Source: Cycas panzhihuaensis | Lineage: Eukaryota > Plantae > Cycadophyta | DNA: 64,000 bases | Reading direction: 5' to 3' | NCBI GenBank assembly: GCA_023213395.1 | Contig: CM041465.1 | Location: 197,787,741-197,851,740 of the forward strand | Part shown: piece after piece, positions 39,901 to 54,600 of the stretch | Layout of the letters: each line of letters opens with the position of its first letter | Numbering within the stretch: the stretch's first letter is position 1 | Program-made: the position numbers and the translations under genes | The notes under the pieces: model-generated | Database searches by the model: none | What the model was told of the DNA's origin: nothing | Seen by the model: the letters and a program-made list of their open reading frames with translations, nothing else

Positions 39901-41570
39901 GAAATTATAGCTAGGAAGTACTTAAGGATAAACATCTCCTGAAGGATGAGGAGTGTTGTTCCTCTGGTTCCCCCATTTGGAAAGCCATTCGGTCCTCACA
40001 TTCTATTTTGTCTAGCGGTATGCGATGGAAATTGGGGAATAGAGAAAGTATTAGGTTCTAGGAAGATAAGTGGTGTGGCCCTTCTAGGTTAGAGGAGCTG
40101 CCAGATGTTGGTAATCTAAAGAGGATCTGCGAGGGCACTTATGGAAGATTAGTTAAGCATTACTGGGAGGGGCAGGGTAAGAATAGGAAATGGAGATTGC
40201 TTAGCGAACTACAAGATTTTGAGGAAGAGATTCAGAGACTAAAAGGGGTACTAAAAAATTAATACATTCCTATATGGGCCTCTCCCGATATATTGGTATG
40301 GCCCCTATCACCATCAGGGACCTATACAGTTAAAGACAGGTACAACTTACTAATGACAAGAGAAGGCTGGACTAAGAATGACATGTTGGCAGGGGTCTGG
40401 AAACTAGGGCTTCTCTTGAAAGTTGCAGCCTTTTGGTGGCTATGCCTCTAAAATAAACTTTTAACTATGGATAACCTTTTGAAGTGTGTCTTCTATTTGG
40501 TGAGCAGGTGTGAACTGTGCAAGGAGGGAGCAGAGACCCTGGACCACCTATGCATACACTGCCCCTATTCTGTAGGAATCTAGGGAGTTTTTTGGTCTAG
40601 GATGGGCTTAGCATGGGTCTCCCCTAACTCACTGAGAGACCAATGGCAATCATGGGAGCCACCACTTAAGAGAAAAATGTTGAGTAGATTTTGGAAATTG
40701 ATTCTCCTGGTTGGTACTTGGTACATCTGGAAGGAGCATAATAGGAGAATTTTTTAAGGTATAGAGAGAGGCAATCAAGAATTGTTCATCGAGATTAGGA
40801 AAGGCATTTTAGAGATGTTCACCCCCATGTTGGAGGATAGGGTCCCAAAAGGGGAAGTAGATATTCTTGATGACTGGGGTATTGGATACCCGAAGGGAGG
40901 AAGTGAGAAGAGGAGAGCAACTACTTGGATCCCCCCTTAAGTAACCTGGGTGAAAATTAGCTTTGATGGAGCTACTAAAGGCAACCCCGAAGAGGCAAGA
41001 GGGGGGGGGGTTGTGGAGGGATCATACGAGGATAGTGAAATGGGCATTTACAGAGTACTTGGGTATCTAATCGAACCAAAGAGCAGAGGTATGGGCTATG
41101 CAAAGGGCGATAGCCACGCTGGATGAGGAGGAGGTATAGAAAGTGATCGTAGAAGGTGATTTCTTGTATGTGATTAAATGTTTAAGGGGGGAAGCTAAGG
41201 CAGGTTGGAACAATGTTGACATCATCAGGGATGCACAAGATATCCTGAGCTCCAAAATGAGTGTTCAGATCCAACACACATACAGAGAGGGAAACTCGGT
41301 GGCGGATTGGTTCGCAAATTAGGTTATATCAAACAAAAGTAATAAGGTTTGGAAGGAGGACTTCCCAGAAGAGCTTCTGAGTCTGGTTAGGATTGATGCA
41401 CATAATGAGGACACAGATAGGGGAGGATGAGAGGGCTATGCATTAGTAAGGGCTAGACCATAGGCCTATCATGGCCATCTTTCCTAGGCCAATGGGCTTT
41501 GATGTATAAGGTTTGGGGACCTACTTAAAACCCCTTCTAATATTATTTTACCTTACCAAAAAAAAACAAA
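36928..41570 (+). mobile_element. 5'-truncated L1-clade LINE with C-terminal RNase H
   Basis: TSD AATCATAGTAAAGTT (36913-36927, 41574-41588); A-tail 41558-41572; ORF1 tail then ORF2. Confidence 0.95.
37218..41430 (+). pseudogene. LINE ORF2 (APE endonuclease, RT, zf-RVT, RNase H), with stops
   Basis: MKVFYWNIRGL, LLQETK, SRLDR, SDHSP; KAPGP.G, FRPI.LCN, KIDMSKAYD, GLRQGDPLS, QFVDD; RCELC...DHLCIHC; FDGATKGNP, VEGD, HTYREGNSVAD. Confidence 0.95.
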
Positions 41571-42249
41571 AATAATCATAGTAAAGTTGCTCAAGCCCCT
41601 ATTTACAAAGTCCTCCTTATCTAAACCTTCAATTATAGAGTCTAAAAGTCTTCATAATTAACTAAAAAATAAAAGAAAATGGTATATGATTTTTTTTTTT
41701 AAAAACACAATCCACAATTTTATACATCTCTAAGATCATTTTTGTACTCTATAAGCTGTATAAATAAGGTTTTATAGATGGAAACTATAATAAATATTTA
41801 GGAATAATAAATCTACAACTCAATTTTCACTTTTATCTTTTATACATATTATTTTAATGAGTGCATCACATAGATCATTTTCCACTATGTTAGTTTCAAC
41901 CCAATTTTTTGGAAAAAGGTGGTGTATAGGTACCTTGTGGGTCTCATAACCTAATTTTCACACTTAAAGCTTACCTACATAATTTTGATGAGTTTTTTGC
42001 ACTTGTCTTAGCGCAATCTATGAAATCATTATAATTTTTTTAGGGTCAATAGGCTAGAGACACCTCTCACCCACCTCTCCACCCACTTCTACATCACTTA
42101 TTGAAACTTTATACCTATTCTATTTATCTACCCTCTAATTTATTAGTCCTATTTGATCTCTCTAATCCCTTTTTCTTTAATCAATGCCTTTGTCTCCCTT
42201 AATTCCTTCTTATTTTCATTTGCTTCTTTTTCATAGTACATTTGTCTAT

Positions 42250-42910
42250 ATAGTGAACTCCACTCAAACAGATCACATTTTAGTATTGGAGACTTAGTTC
42301 ATAGATATGGAGAATAACAATACTTTGATTGATAAAAAAATAGAGAAGTTGAATAACACTCTTAATGAAAAAATAGATAAGTTGGATGATGATATTACAA
42401 AGTTTTCCATATAGTTATTTGTGCTGATATCCAACATGGTATCTACCTCAAATTCAATAGGAACCCTACCTCCACCTCCCCCACATATATCCACTCCCCT
42501 ACCATGTCAATAGCCATTCTACTATAAAATTATAATACTAATATTTGATTCAGATCTTAACAAGGATACTATGACAAGTTGGATTAGTAAGTAGAATGAT
42601 ACTTTATTATTAATCTTATATCTCTTGGAGATTAGTTGATATTTTCCTTTATTTATTTGAAAGGTAAGGCATATATTGGTTATATTAGTGGTAAGGAAAA
42701 TATGTAGTAAATCAAAGCTAGGAATAATTTTATAAGAATTTCTTTAAATAATATAAGAAAACATGGAACCTATCCTTATTTAATCAACTCGCTTACCTGA
42801 AACAAGCAAAATCCATAGAAGTATATATTAAAGAAATTTAGATATTACATAATTGACTCATCTAATTATTTAATTAACAAATAATCATTGATTCATATAT
42901 GTGTAGACTT
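42250..42910 (+). pseudogene. gag: Gypsy gag remnant
   Basis: SWISK*NEYF...YLKGKA...QLAYLKQAKSIEVYI; cut by the insertion at 42911. Confidence 0.7.
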
Positions 42911-45600
42911 TATTGGAATATTAAAATATTAGAGAGAAATAAGGACATAATTGCTAATGTGCATTTATCTTTGAAACACTCAAATATGGTGCCCCCCCAC
43001 TAAAGATAAATTCTATTATATAAGGACATCAATAGTACATGAGATGACATGATGTATAACATGTAGTATACCATATTATGTAGTATGTAATGTTCTAATA
43101 GATAAAATATGAAGGTATCCCATGATACCATTTATGATCCTAGTATTTCTATACTTACTTTATTGTATAAATTTCATATTTATTTAGTTATTTGATATTA
43201 TGTTGGTTATATTTCTATCATTGTATTAAAGTGAATTTTCATTCCTAACATGGTATTAAAGCCTAGGTGAAGAAAAGGGGTTTCTTAATAAAAAGTACTG
43301 TAAGTTTGTCAAAGCATTTACCTATTGAAGACATTATTTTCAAGTTAGTTTGGTGAAATGACAAAGTTTGTTCAAAACCATTTGTTCCATTTCAACCTAT
43401 TTCCCTGGTTCTATTTCACACCATTAGGGTCCATTTTCATACTGTCATGTTTTCTTAGAGTACATTCTAGTTCATTCTGTGTGGCATGTGTGGATCTCTC
43501 ATTATTATTGCTAGTGATCATATTGTGAAGTGCCTTCATGTGGTGTTCCCTATTATTTAAAGAATTTATGTGATACCCTTATCTCATGGTGAATTGTATT
43601 TGTGGCTATGAAAGGGTGTGCATCTTTAATCTTTATGCATGAGCTATGTCCATATGTCTTATGTGTTCTACTCTAGCTCCCCTAATCTATGTAAGGTCAT
43701 GAAGATCCAGTGAAGTCCTCCATAGGAGCCTCTACCCCTATCACTCTATATGAATGACATTATATTAGCTTGAACCATGGTGAAGAAATTGGCTCATTTT
43801 CACCTCTCCTTACATCCAAAGAATATGATCTATTTGCACCTTCACATATCCTATCATTCATTTTTAAAATGTCCTGCACTCCATGGAAATTTTATGTGAC
43901 CATGGCTTTTAACCTCCCCATGTCAACATTGAAACTTTTGTCACTTATGCATGAACTATTATGGATATATGCCTATAGATGATGCTTTTGCACACTTTTT
44001 GTGAAGAGATTTTGAGTCATTATAAGTTTGGATTAAATAGAATATGACTCTCTGTGTTTGCCACTACTTAGTTCAAGACACCCCTTCTCCGATTTATGCA
44101 TCATATCTGGGTAATATTAAGTGAAGGCATAAAGATATTTATCTAGTTGTGGAGTAATCAATCATATTAAAGTAGGATTTTGATCAAATTTCATCCTCTA
44201 TGATCATTGTTGATTGCATGCCCATGCAAATTTGACTAGTAAATTTAGACTTAAAGATATATTTTTTTATAATATTTAAAAAAATATAAATTAGATTAAA
44301 TAAGTTTTTGGAGTCCACTAGCCCCTCATTAGATAAGACATTGGTCATATGTAGCTCCTATGTAACCAGTCACTAGCCAATAAAAGGGGCTACACATCTT
44401 ATCAAATATATTTTTTCTTTATAAGAAGGTAATTGCATTGTTTTCTTAATAACTTCTTCACTAAAAGTTTGTTTTTCAAGCTGTTTAAACCAATAGAATC
44501 TTCGCTTAGAGTGATATAATTTGAACTATGTTTTAAGGTATTTTGATGCTATCTTAATAAATAAATTTCCCTTCAAATTTGATGCATTATTTGGGGACTA
44601 TGAGAGAAAACTAAGAAGCATAATTTACACAAGGTAATATACTAAGTATGATGAATTAATATGCTTATTTGCAATTACATATGGATGAATTTTTACACTT
44701 ATTATAATTGATTTTCATTAGTAAAATGGAATTTTCTCATCCGCTTCTTATGGTTTCCAAATTCAATAGGAGAAATCACTTTGTATGGTTAAGAAGAATA
44801 AAATCTTCTTTGGAAGTAAGAAATTTATGGGATATTACTACTGAAAGATACAAAGTCTAAAAACTAATTTATCTTAATGTTGTATTAACACCTGATTAAG
44901 AACATGAATTAATAAAATTGTTAGAAAAAAATACAAAATTACCCAGTTACATCTTCTCCACTTTAGAATGGAATATATATACTTAGGTATATCATATTGC
45001 TACTATAAAAAAAGTACATAATATGTTGAAGTCTATTTATGCTCTAGATATTAAGACACTTGAAGATAAAAAGCTAGTGATTATTAAAGGAAAAAACAAG
45101 TCTGAAAAGGTTGATGAATAAGTCATCTCATTTGTTTGTGTTCATCTTATAAGACCAATACCTTAAGGTAATGATATAGGTGATACTCAAGCTAATGTAG
45201 AAGTCCAAGAAGAAAAGGTATGTCAAAAACCTAAAGAAATTGAAGAAAAGACATATCAAGAGAAAGAGAATATAGTTGATAAAGTTGTTAATGAATTTAC
45301 TACTATTGAATAAATTATTGAATCTATTATTATTGAGATTACTACTATTGAGAATGTTGAATGTGAAGTCGTTACTAAAAATACTATTATTAAAAAATCA
45401 CATGATGATTTTAATTGTTTTAATGATGAGAACAATTTGTAAGTTGAATAAATCAAAGACTATACTTTGTACCAACATTCCTAGTAGGAAAACTTACAAT
45501 ATCAATGAGTATATAGAGAAGAGTCATAATGTTTGTTAGTATAGCCCTTAGTAAATCTAGTCTATGTAGTAAAAACATAAGTAAATAGGTGTAGAGAGGA
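42911..45600 (+). mobile_element. Truncated Copia-derived element (5' LTR, PBS, gag N-terminus, acidic tail)
   Basis: LTR about 42911-43250 ending CCTAACA; PBS TGGTATTAAAGCC 43251-43263; gag-like MVSKFNRRNHFVW...RNLWDI from 44726; no 3' LTR found. Confidence 0.65.
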
Positions 45601-45619
45601 TAGCCTTTACATCAAATGC

Positions 45620-48600
45620 TTACATAAGGGGATACTTGGTTATGATAGAGGGTGTAAAGCTTACTTAATGGTCTTGACCATTAACCCTAATGTTCCTTTA
45701 GAGGAAGATTTTAGTACCAATCATAAAATTGAAGAAAAACCTCCATTAGAATTAATCCCAAATCCTAAGACCAAAGTGTCTTTATCTAATATTTCTTCTA
45801 CTTCTTGCCTTGAACCACTTCATATCAATGGCACACTTCAATAAATCCCCATTACCATCCTGATTAGTGATGGTATATTACTTGACTTCAATGATAAGTC
45901 CTTAGTTGGTAAACTTAACTTATATATTATTCCTAAAATTGGGTTCACTTGTTCTCTACTAAGATATCATATTCTCAATTATGCAAAAAAAATTAAAAAA
46001 TTATATATTCATATTGGCACCTACCATTTAGTTTTAGATTTTTATGACTTATCTATTAGAGGATTAGATGTTATCCTTAGGGTATAGTGGCTCCAAACTC
46101 TTGATACCTATAGCACTAATAATTCTCTTAATAATCATTTCATATTATTCAAAGATAATCTTAGCCAAATACATAAACTTCATGGCATTTAATTATCCCC
46201 TAATAATTTCATCTTCCTAAATTAGATGTGAAAATAACTAAATAGTAGTATTAGTTATATAGTGCATATCAACAATATTCAAGTCCATACTGACATCCAT
46301 ATAAATATATAACACATCCTCTCCAAGTACCAATCTACCTTTTCTCCACTTCTTAGTAGCACCCCGCCACCCTTCCTTCTAGATTATGGCTACTAGTAGA
46401 CCATTGACTTCAAAACCCCTTATGATCCCATCAACCTTAGACCTTATCAAAACTCATACTTCCAAAAGAATGAAATTATGAAAATCATTAATAACTAATG
46501 GATATGGGTATCATCCAACTTCAAAAAATCCCCTATACTACCCCTATTATCCTTATTTACAAAAAATATTGCTTATTTCAACTATGTATTAACTATTCAA
46601 ACTTAATAAGATCACAATAAAAAATAAGTTTCTAACCCCAAAGATTGATGACATGCTAGATGAAATCTATGGTTTTATCATATCCTATAAATTAGATCTT
46701 TGATTAGGTTATTACTAAATCCATATTACTATAGAGGATCCTCATAATATTGCCTTTTGAATACATCATGGCCACTTTGAATTTCAAGCCATACCCTTTG
46801 GCCTTTATAACACCCCAACCATATTTCAATTCTTACTAAATAAAATTTCCACCCTCTACCTTTGAAAATTTGTCATTGTTTTCCTTGATAACATACTTAT
46901 TTATAATTCTTATACAACTTATCACCTCTAACATTTAGAGGTTATCCTTAAGGTTCTCACCTAGCATCAACACTATACTAAGCTTTTGAAATGTGAATTT
47001 GGTAAATCTAAGTTATAATACCTAGTCTACATTATCTTTTTAAAAGGCATCCATATTGGTTTTGACAAAATTTCAATCATTATTTCCTAGCTTGCATCCA
47101 AAAATCTCACCCAATTGTGTATTTTCTTAGGGATCAGAAGATTCTACAAACAATTAGTTAAAAATTATGCTTCCTTTATATCCCCACTAACTAATCTATT
47201 CTATAAGGACTCATTTTAATGATCACAAACTATAAGTGATGTCTTTAATTATCTTAAAATTATCATGATATCTAGTCTAATCCTTGTTATTCTAGACTTC
47301 TCCCAAGCATTCTAGCTAGAATGTAATGCTTCTAGATTTGGTTTGGGTGCCATGCTTATATAAAACATTTACCCAATCACATTTGAAATTTGAAAACTAA
47401 AAGAGCACAAATGTAAATTATCAATATACTATAATGAAATGAAATTTATTCTACATACTTTAGATAAGTGGCAATAGTGTCTCCTTGGTACCAAATTTAC
47501 TATTTGAATAGACCATCATAAACTTCACCATCTTCTTGACTAGTTAATTTAATTTAAAGAGAAACCTAAGTGGATCAATCATCTTCAAGTGTTTGATTTT
47601 ATTATTACTGATAATAAAGGAAAGTACAATGTTGTTACCAATGCCCTCTCTTACCTTTCCTATGAACTTGCCATTCATGCAATCTCCTAGTCCCAACCGA
47701 CATGATTAATAGAATTTATCATGGATAACCAATCCCAACCTGATTTTGCCCAATGGACCACTAAAGTTAAAACTCAAAAGGATTATTCCATACATAATAG
47801 TCATCTCTTATATAAAAATCACATTTTTATCTATCTTGTACCCCCTTTCATTCCTCATATTTTGTCTAAATATCATTATACCCCCTTGTGAGGTTACTCT
47901 AGGTTTAATAAAATATATAATCATATTCTATCTAACTTTTACTAGCCATATATAAAGTGATTTATTCTTACATTTATCTCCAAGTGTAATGCATACCAAG
48001 AAAATACAATATTAAAGCTTAGTTAGGCCTCCTCTAACCCCTGTATATTCCTTAAAGTAAATAGTAAGACATTATGTTGAACTTCATCATAGGTCTATCA
48101 GCATTTGCTAGGTTTGATTCTATCTTAGTATTCACTAATAGACTAACTGAGTATACCCATTTCTTATCTATTCACACCTCTTATAAAGCATCTTGTCTCA
48201 TTGGCTTATATGTCCAATCTATTGTCTATCTCCATGGATTTCCCTCAATAGTAGTTTATAATTAAGATGCCAAATTTACTAGCTTATTCAATCAAGAACT
48301 CTTCCTTGTCTTAAGGACTTAATCTAATATGAGTTTAGCCTACTAGTCATAAACTAATGGTTAATTAGAAGTCCTTAATAAAACATCGGAAATATACTTG
48401 CATTATTTTACTTCTGAATACCATAATAAATGGACCTCGTAGTTATACCTTAAAAAATATTAGTACAACTTATCTCATCACTTAGCCATCAATATGTCCC
48501 TATTCATGGCCCTTTATGGCTATCCCTTACCATCTCAGCACACACTAACAACTAATATTTAAATGGTCCAATAGAAGCTTTAAGACATGGATCAAATATT

Positions 48601-49100
48601 TTATACCCTTAAATGGGAATTAGCATTAGCCTAAATTCATATGAAATAATTCACTAAATTCCACCATTTTAATTATTCGCTTTCTATTAGTAACCTAGTT
48701 TTAATCTACCTCTAACTCTACAAGCAATAATTTCTTGACAAGAATAAAAGTCATAAGCTTAACCCTGTTATTATGGCATTTATAAGGTACTCTAGTAAAT
48801 TGGTGAAGTTTCTTATGAACTTGAACTCCCACCCAACATCAAAATTCATAATGTTTTTTATGTCTCCTATCTTAAAAAATTATCTTGGTAAAACCACCAT
48901 TTCTTATATTGTTCTTCTAGTTCTTAATGAAGAGAAGCTCCTTACTATTTTTCCAAACCATATTTTAACTAGTTAGTAATGTCACCTCCATAATAAGACC
49001 ATCTTTGATTATATAGTATAATGGGTCAATTATAAACCCAAGGAAGAAATATAGGAATCAACCAAATTTGTTAAGCAATATCCTCATTTTTTTCTCCTTA
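45620..49100 (+). pseudogene. pol: Degenerate Gypsy pol (PR-RT-RNase H-INT-chromodomain)
   Basis: DVILRV*WL; RPYQ...QKNEI; HGHFEFQAIPFGL; VFLDNILIY; ECNASRFGLGAML; chromo-like YIV*WVNY...E 48950-49090. Confidence 0.9.
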
Positions 49101-49524
49101 AGGGTTTAACATCTTAGGGGAAGGGACTTGTTACATAACTACTTAGTATCAATAGGACCTAACTATTAATATATGACTAAGGAACCTAGTGGTTAGTGTT
49201 AACCATTAACTTTTGGATACAAGTTTCTTATTTTTACTAAGGGAATTAGATATTGCTTAATCCCACCAACGATATTCTATGTAAGAGGTCTTTTTTGTTT
49301 ATTTAAGGTTCATCAAATTTAAACTAGGGATTATTATATAATAAGAACTTATGTAAGAGTATACTATGATGCATCGTTGGTGTACCTTTTAGCATCCCTT
49401 TTTTACAATCTATCTTTATTAATAATAAAGGTGATTCAAATTACTACCATAATGTTCTATTATTATGCCCTTTGAGATTATAAGTTAAATATTTATAAAA
49501 TAATACTGGAATGAAATTATCCTA

Positions 49525-51300
49525 GAGGAAGACTATGGAAAGGTGTACTTTAGGATAAGAGATGAATATTCTACATTAGAATATGAGTCAATTGAAGAGA
49601 ATGCAGTATTTGAGGAGGTGGTTCAACCTTAAGAGACTCCCACCTTGAGGAGATGAACTTTTGTAAGAAGATAACTTGATAGGTATTCTCTTAAAGACTT
49701 TCATCATGCTTCTTTCATTTTAACTACTATAAATATTAATCCAAGAATTGTTCATAAGGTTCTTTAGTCAAAATAGACTAAGTTCTAGAAAAGGCTATGC
49801 AAGATAAAATGATGGCCTTAGAAAAGAAAAGGACATGAGATTTAGTGAAGTTTCTTAATGGCAAAAATTCTATTGAAAATAAATGGCTCTTTAAGAAGAA
49901 CTTTATGTAGATGGTACTATGGAAAAGTACAGAGCCCAATTAGTAGAAAAAGGTTATTCCCAAGTAAAAGGAATACATTTTAGTAAGCCATTTTCTCTTA
50001 TTATAAAGTTAGCTTCAAGTATATTATTATTGGCTATAGTAGTTGCCTAGAATCTTTAAGTATTGTAAATAGATATGAAGATAACATTTCTTCATGGTGA
50101 CCTCAAAGAAGAGATTTATATATTACAACCTAAAGGCTTTAAAGTTGTAAGTATGGAGAATTTAGTATACAAATTTAAAAATTCATTATATAGTTTGAAA
50201 AGTTTACCATAGATATGGTACGAAAAATTTAATACACATATGTTAGAAGATGGTTTTTGGCATAACAAAGCTAACTAGCATATTTACCATAAATAAGTCT
50301 GTGATGAATTTTTTATCTTGGCTTTGTATATTATGGCATCTTGTTAATTAGTAATAGTAAAAGAATGATCAAGTTTGTGAAATCCCAATTATCATATAAA
50401 TTTGAGTTGAAGGACCTTGATGTGACACACTTTATTTTGGGTATTAAGATTAAGAGATATAGGTAGTATATGAAACCTTAGCTTGGCTAAAGAAGGTACA
50501 TTAAGTTGCTATTATAGAGATTTAAGTTGTAATATTACAAACCTGTCAATATGCTTATTCCTATTATAACCAAACTATTAGTAGAGAAACACTTAAATAC
50601 TTATTAAGACATTTGGGACATGTATTTTATATCATGTATAGGTGTAATTAGAAGTTTGATATATATTATTGTTAGTACTCACCTAGACATTACCTATATA
50701 ATGGTAGTTATGAGCATATACATATTTTATCTAGGTAGATAGTGTTGGGTTACAGTAAAGAGAATTTTTAAGTATTTGTGAGGTATATCATAGTGTATAA
50801 TTTTCTACTAAGGAAGCTTCATATAGAATAAAATAATGGTTTTTAGAGGTTTTATTAATGTAATCTAGGTTGGAGATCTTCATAGTAAAATATCTACAAG
50901 TGGTCATGTATTTAACCTATTTGGTGGCATACTCAAATAGATGAGCAAGTAATAGCCAATTGTTGACTCTCAAAAACAAAATCTAAGTATAAGGTAACTA
51001 CTCATGTATATAAGGAAATAGTCTGCCTAAAGAGATTATGCATAAATATTACCTTTGTACAAAAGGTAGTTAGGATAGATTGTGATAGTTAAAGTGTAAT
51101 ATATATGGTGAAGAGTCTTATATTTCATTCTCAGTTGACATATATTAATGTGTAATTTTATTTTATTAGAAACATGGTAAATAGCCATAAAGTGGATATA
51201 CACAAGTAAATGTAGTTGAATCATTAACTATGACATTTGGTTTAAAATAGTTTACTTGGTATAAAAAAGTAATGGCTGTTATAAATTTTGGCATTGAATT
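49525..51300 (+). pseudogene. pol: Old Copia RT-RNase H, part 3
   Basis: KYRAQLVEKGYSQ..GI.F; TFLHGDLKEEIY..QP.GF; FELKDL; STSGHVF; PPT-like AAGTGAGAG at about 51336; link to parts 1-2 is inferred from the Gypsy insertion. Confidence 0.85.
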
Positions 51301-51655
51301 ATTTATGTATAAAAGTTCTTTATAAAGCATTCAATAAGTGAGAGTGTTTATTCAAAATTTGGCCTCTTTAGTCCTTAGATATGGTTCCCTCTTCATTTCT
51401 ACTTTATATGATTTGGATTGTTTATTATGATGTTATCATTTGCTATAAGTACCTATTCTAGGGCACTAATGATCATAATCCACTATGCATAAATTGGAAG
51501 TCTATTTAGTTATACTATTAGCCACTATTATACACTATATCTTGACTTGTTATTTGATATTATTTTGGATTTTCTCAACTTGGATTTAGCTTGAAATTTT
51601 ATCTTTATTGGTTTTCTACAATTTGATGGTGTTATCCCATTACATTAGTAAAGAC

Positions 51656-54600
51656 TATTAAAATTATAAAGACAACTCCTTGTGTTATATCATACTTTAT
51701 GTAATGTAATGTAATATTATAAAGTGTGACAATAGTTGAGGGTTTATAACCCCCTTTGCTACTTAATAGGCCAATTGCATTTCATTGTTAAGTTGGCCAA
51801 TTATATCATTTCAAGAGTGACATCAAGCCTTATAAATATAGGTTGAGCCCTCACCATTGTATACTTGATGATTTAGATTTAGAGAAAAACTCTATTAAAA
51901 TATATTTATAAGCATCAACTAATTTGACATGCCTATTCTGATCACAAAATATGTTCATTATAGCTTGATTCATCTGTATTTGTTATATATAAGAATATAT
52001 TTAAGATCATTTATTTCTTTCATTTGGAATCAAAGCCAAGATTTCTTATCTGCACTCACATATTACAAGTGTGTTATGATAAAGAAGCTTCATTTGAGCA
52101 CAATCAAGGTACTTTATTTGAAAAATTATTAGAAAAATAGGACCTTATTTGAGTGCATTCCATGCATAAATCCTTTAATAATCCTCATTGTTCACCTCTA
52201 TTCTTTCATTGCCTACATATTTGTACTATCTTTGGAGTGGTGTAGTCCTTTTTTGATGCTTCTCTTGAGGCATCTCCTCATTTGTTGATGCTTGTGCTTA
52301 GGTGAACTTCCTTTTGAATCAATGAGCCATGCCGATATTCAACTTATTCATGATCAACATTTTACCCTCCATTTAACTTCTCTTATGACTCACTCAATTT
52401 TATGACTATGGTTGGCAATTATATCACTCACTGCGTGCATATGGATGATAAATATAGCTATCTCTCGTCATGATTTCTATGTCTATCTTCACATCTACCT
52501 ATCCATCTAATCATCTCTCATCATGATTACTACCACTAGGAATGGATCGTGGTCATTTAAAGTGATTCTCAAGTGGATTGTGGTCATCCATAGTAATCCC
52601 TACGTGAATTATGGTCATCTAGTATGATTCAGATTAGAATTTTTATAGTATATTATGCCCTTAATTATCTTTTTAATGGATGATTAAGTTGAGACATTTT
52701 ACATTGTAATATATTTATTTTTATAAATTTCCTTTGTGATCTAACTTGGTTGAATTTAGTTGTGAGGTTTGTTGGTCCCTTTTGACCCAACAAGTGATCA
52801 CATGGTGACATATAATGACTATCAGTTAACTGGTTAAGGGGGCTTAAAGCTATTTCAACTCCTTTATAATTTTAAAAAGAGGATTGCTTAGTGTTTAGTT
52901 TACTTTTTAGACTATTATATTTGTTGGAATCATGATTCAAAGCACTATAGTCTAGAATCACTTTTAGCTCAATTTGGATACCTTTTTATGGTGTTTGACT
53001 CCCTTCAAGTTAACTCATATATTTTGTATATTTTTAAGGCTTATTTCACTAATTGAGGACTTTATCACACTAAGTAATGAGATTTTATTATTACTTGTTA
53101 TTTATTATTAATTGAGAGGTATTTCTACCTAATTTTCATCTAATGTTTATGGTGCATTATGGTTGTAGGTACTTGTGCATGAGAGGTCATTATTTACCAG
53201 TAAGCATAGTCCTTTCCTATTGAGCATTCTAAACCCTTATCTTTCATCATTAATTTGCTTATTTATGTCTCCTTTCATTTTTATAATTAAAATCAACCTT
53301 TGTCCTTAAATAGATCATATTTTAAATGAATTTAAACTTGAAAGATTAATCAAAATAATTTCAAATTAAATTGCTTATCTTTCTAACCTTGCAAAGGGAA
53401 CAACTAAGACCCCTGAAGTTACCATTTTGTATATACTTTTGCTCTTTCTCAAACCTTATGAATAATATAGAAAAACATTAGTTATAAGGTGTATTAAGTA
53501 ATGTGTTGAGGTGTAAAACCAATTCCTTAGAGTTCAAAGACTAGACTAGACATGAAGGGGGTGAGTGCCTTGGTTGTAGTCCTTCACTAAATCTATTGCT
53601 TAGCATAAATCTAGTGTAGGTGGAAAAATAATGTCAATGGGATAGTTGTCTTCTATGATTACATACTTACGCATGTAGAACTTAACTTCCTCATGTACCA
53701 AAGTATATAGAGTCCTTGAACCACCATCTATGAGTAGGTACCACTAGATAAAATGGAAATAGAGGACTTTGCGAAAACACTTAAAACTTTAGCATTCTAG
53801 ATTAGAAGCCCAATAGGTAGATGGTACATGAAAATAGTATCCTAAATGCTTATTTCAAACACCATAAAGCTATTTAAAAGTAACAAATTTTTGGCCTAGA
53901 AGAGACAGATTAAAAACTTATTGATCATGAATGATTTTTATCCATATGTGAATAGGGATATTGCCAAACCAGCACCTACTAAGGAACCCAATAATCTTGA
54001 TCATGATATCCCACCTAATCTTGTTGCCATAACTACCTTTAGGTCCAAAGATAATGTTGTCCTTTCCTTCCTCCATCTTATAGGTAAAGACAATGTGAAC
54101 AAAAATATTGAAACCACAAACACCCCCCATAAAGCATGGAGCACCATATGCTCCCTTTATGAGAGGAAAGATGAAACTAGATCTATCATGTTAAAATTTC
54201 ATTTATTTACCATCCATTTTACTAGTTCTATTATCTCCTACTTGACTAAAGTAAGGACCATAAGATACCAACTTTACACACTTAATAGCCCACTTTTAAA
54301 CCATAACCTTATGTCTAACATAATTAACGTCCTTCCTCCTGAGTATAATAGATTTGTTTCTTGATTATTTGATGATTTTTCCATAATGGACTTTAATACT
54401 TTGGAAGGACAACTACTTAGGGAAGAGAGTATATTGAACTGCTAAGGAGTAGTATACACTTCTTACTCTACTCCTATATTTGCAACTAGGAATTATAGGA
54501 GGAACTGACCACAACAATAGCCCATAACCCAACAATTTGGTTCCTTGAACTTGAATCAATAATCTCAATAACCACAATCTTCTAAAAACTAGCAATGATG

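Larger units (their letters stand above)
35708..49524 (+). mobile_element. Ancient chromoviral Ty3/Gypsy element hosting a LINE and a Copia fragment
   Basis: Diverged LTRs 35708-about 36119 and 49129-about 49524 (TGTTACATA...TTAGTATCAA...CCATTAACTTTTG); degenerate PBS at about 36120; PPT AGGGGAAGGGA 49116-49126; TSD degenerate. Confidence 0.8.
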
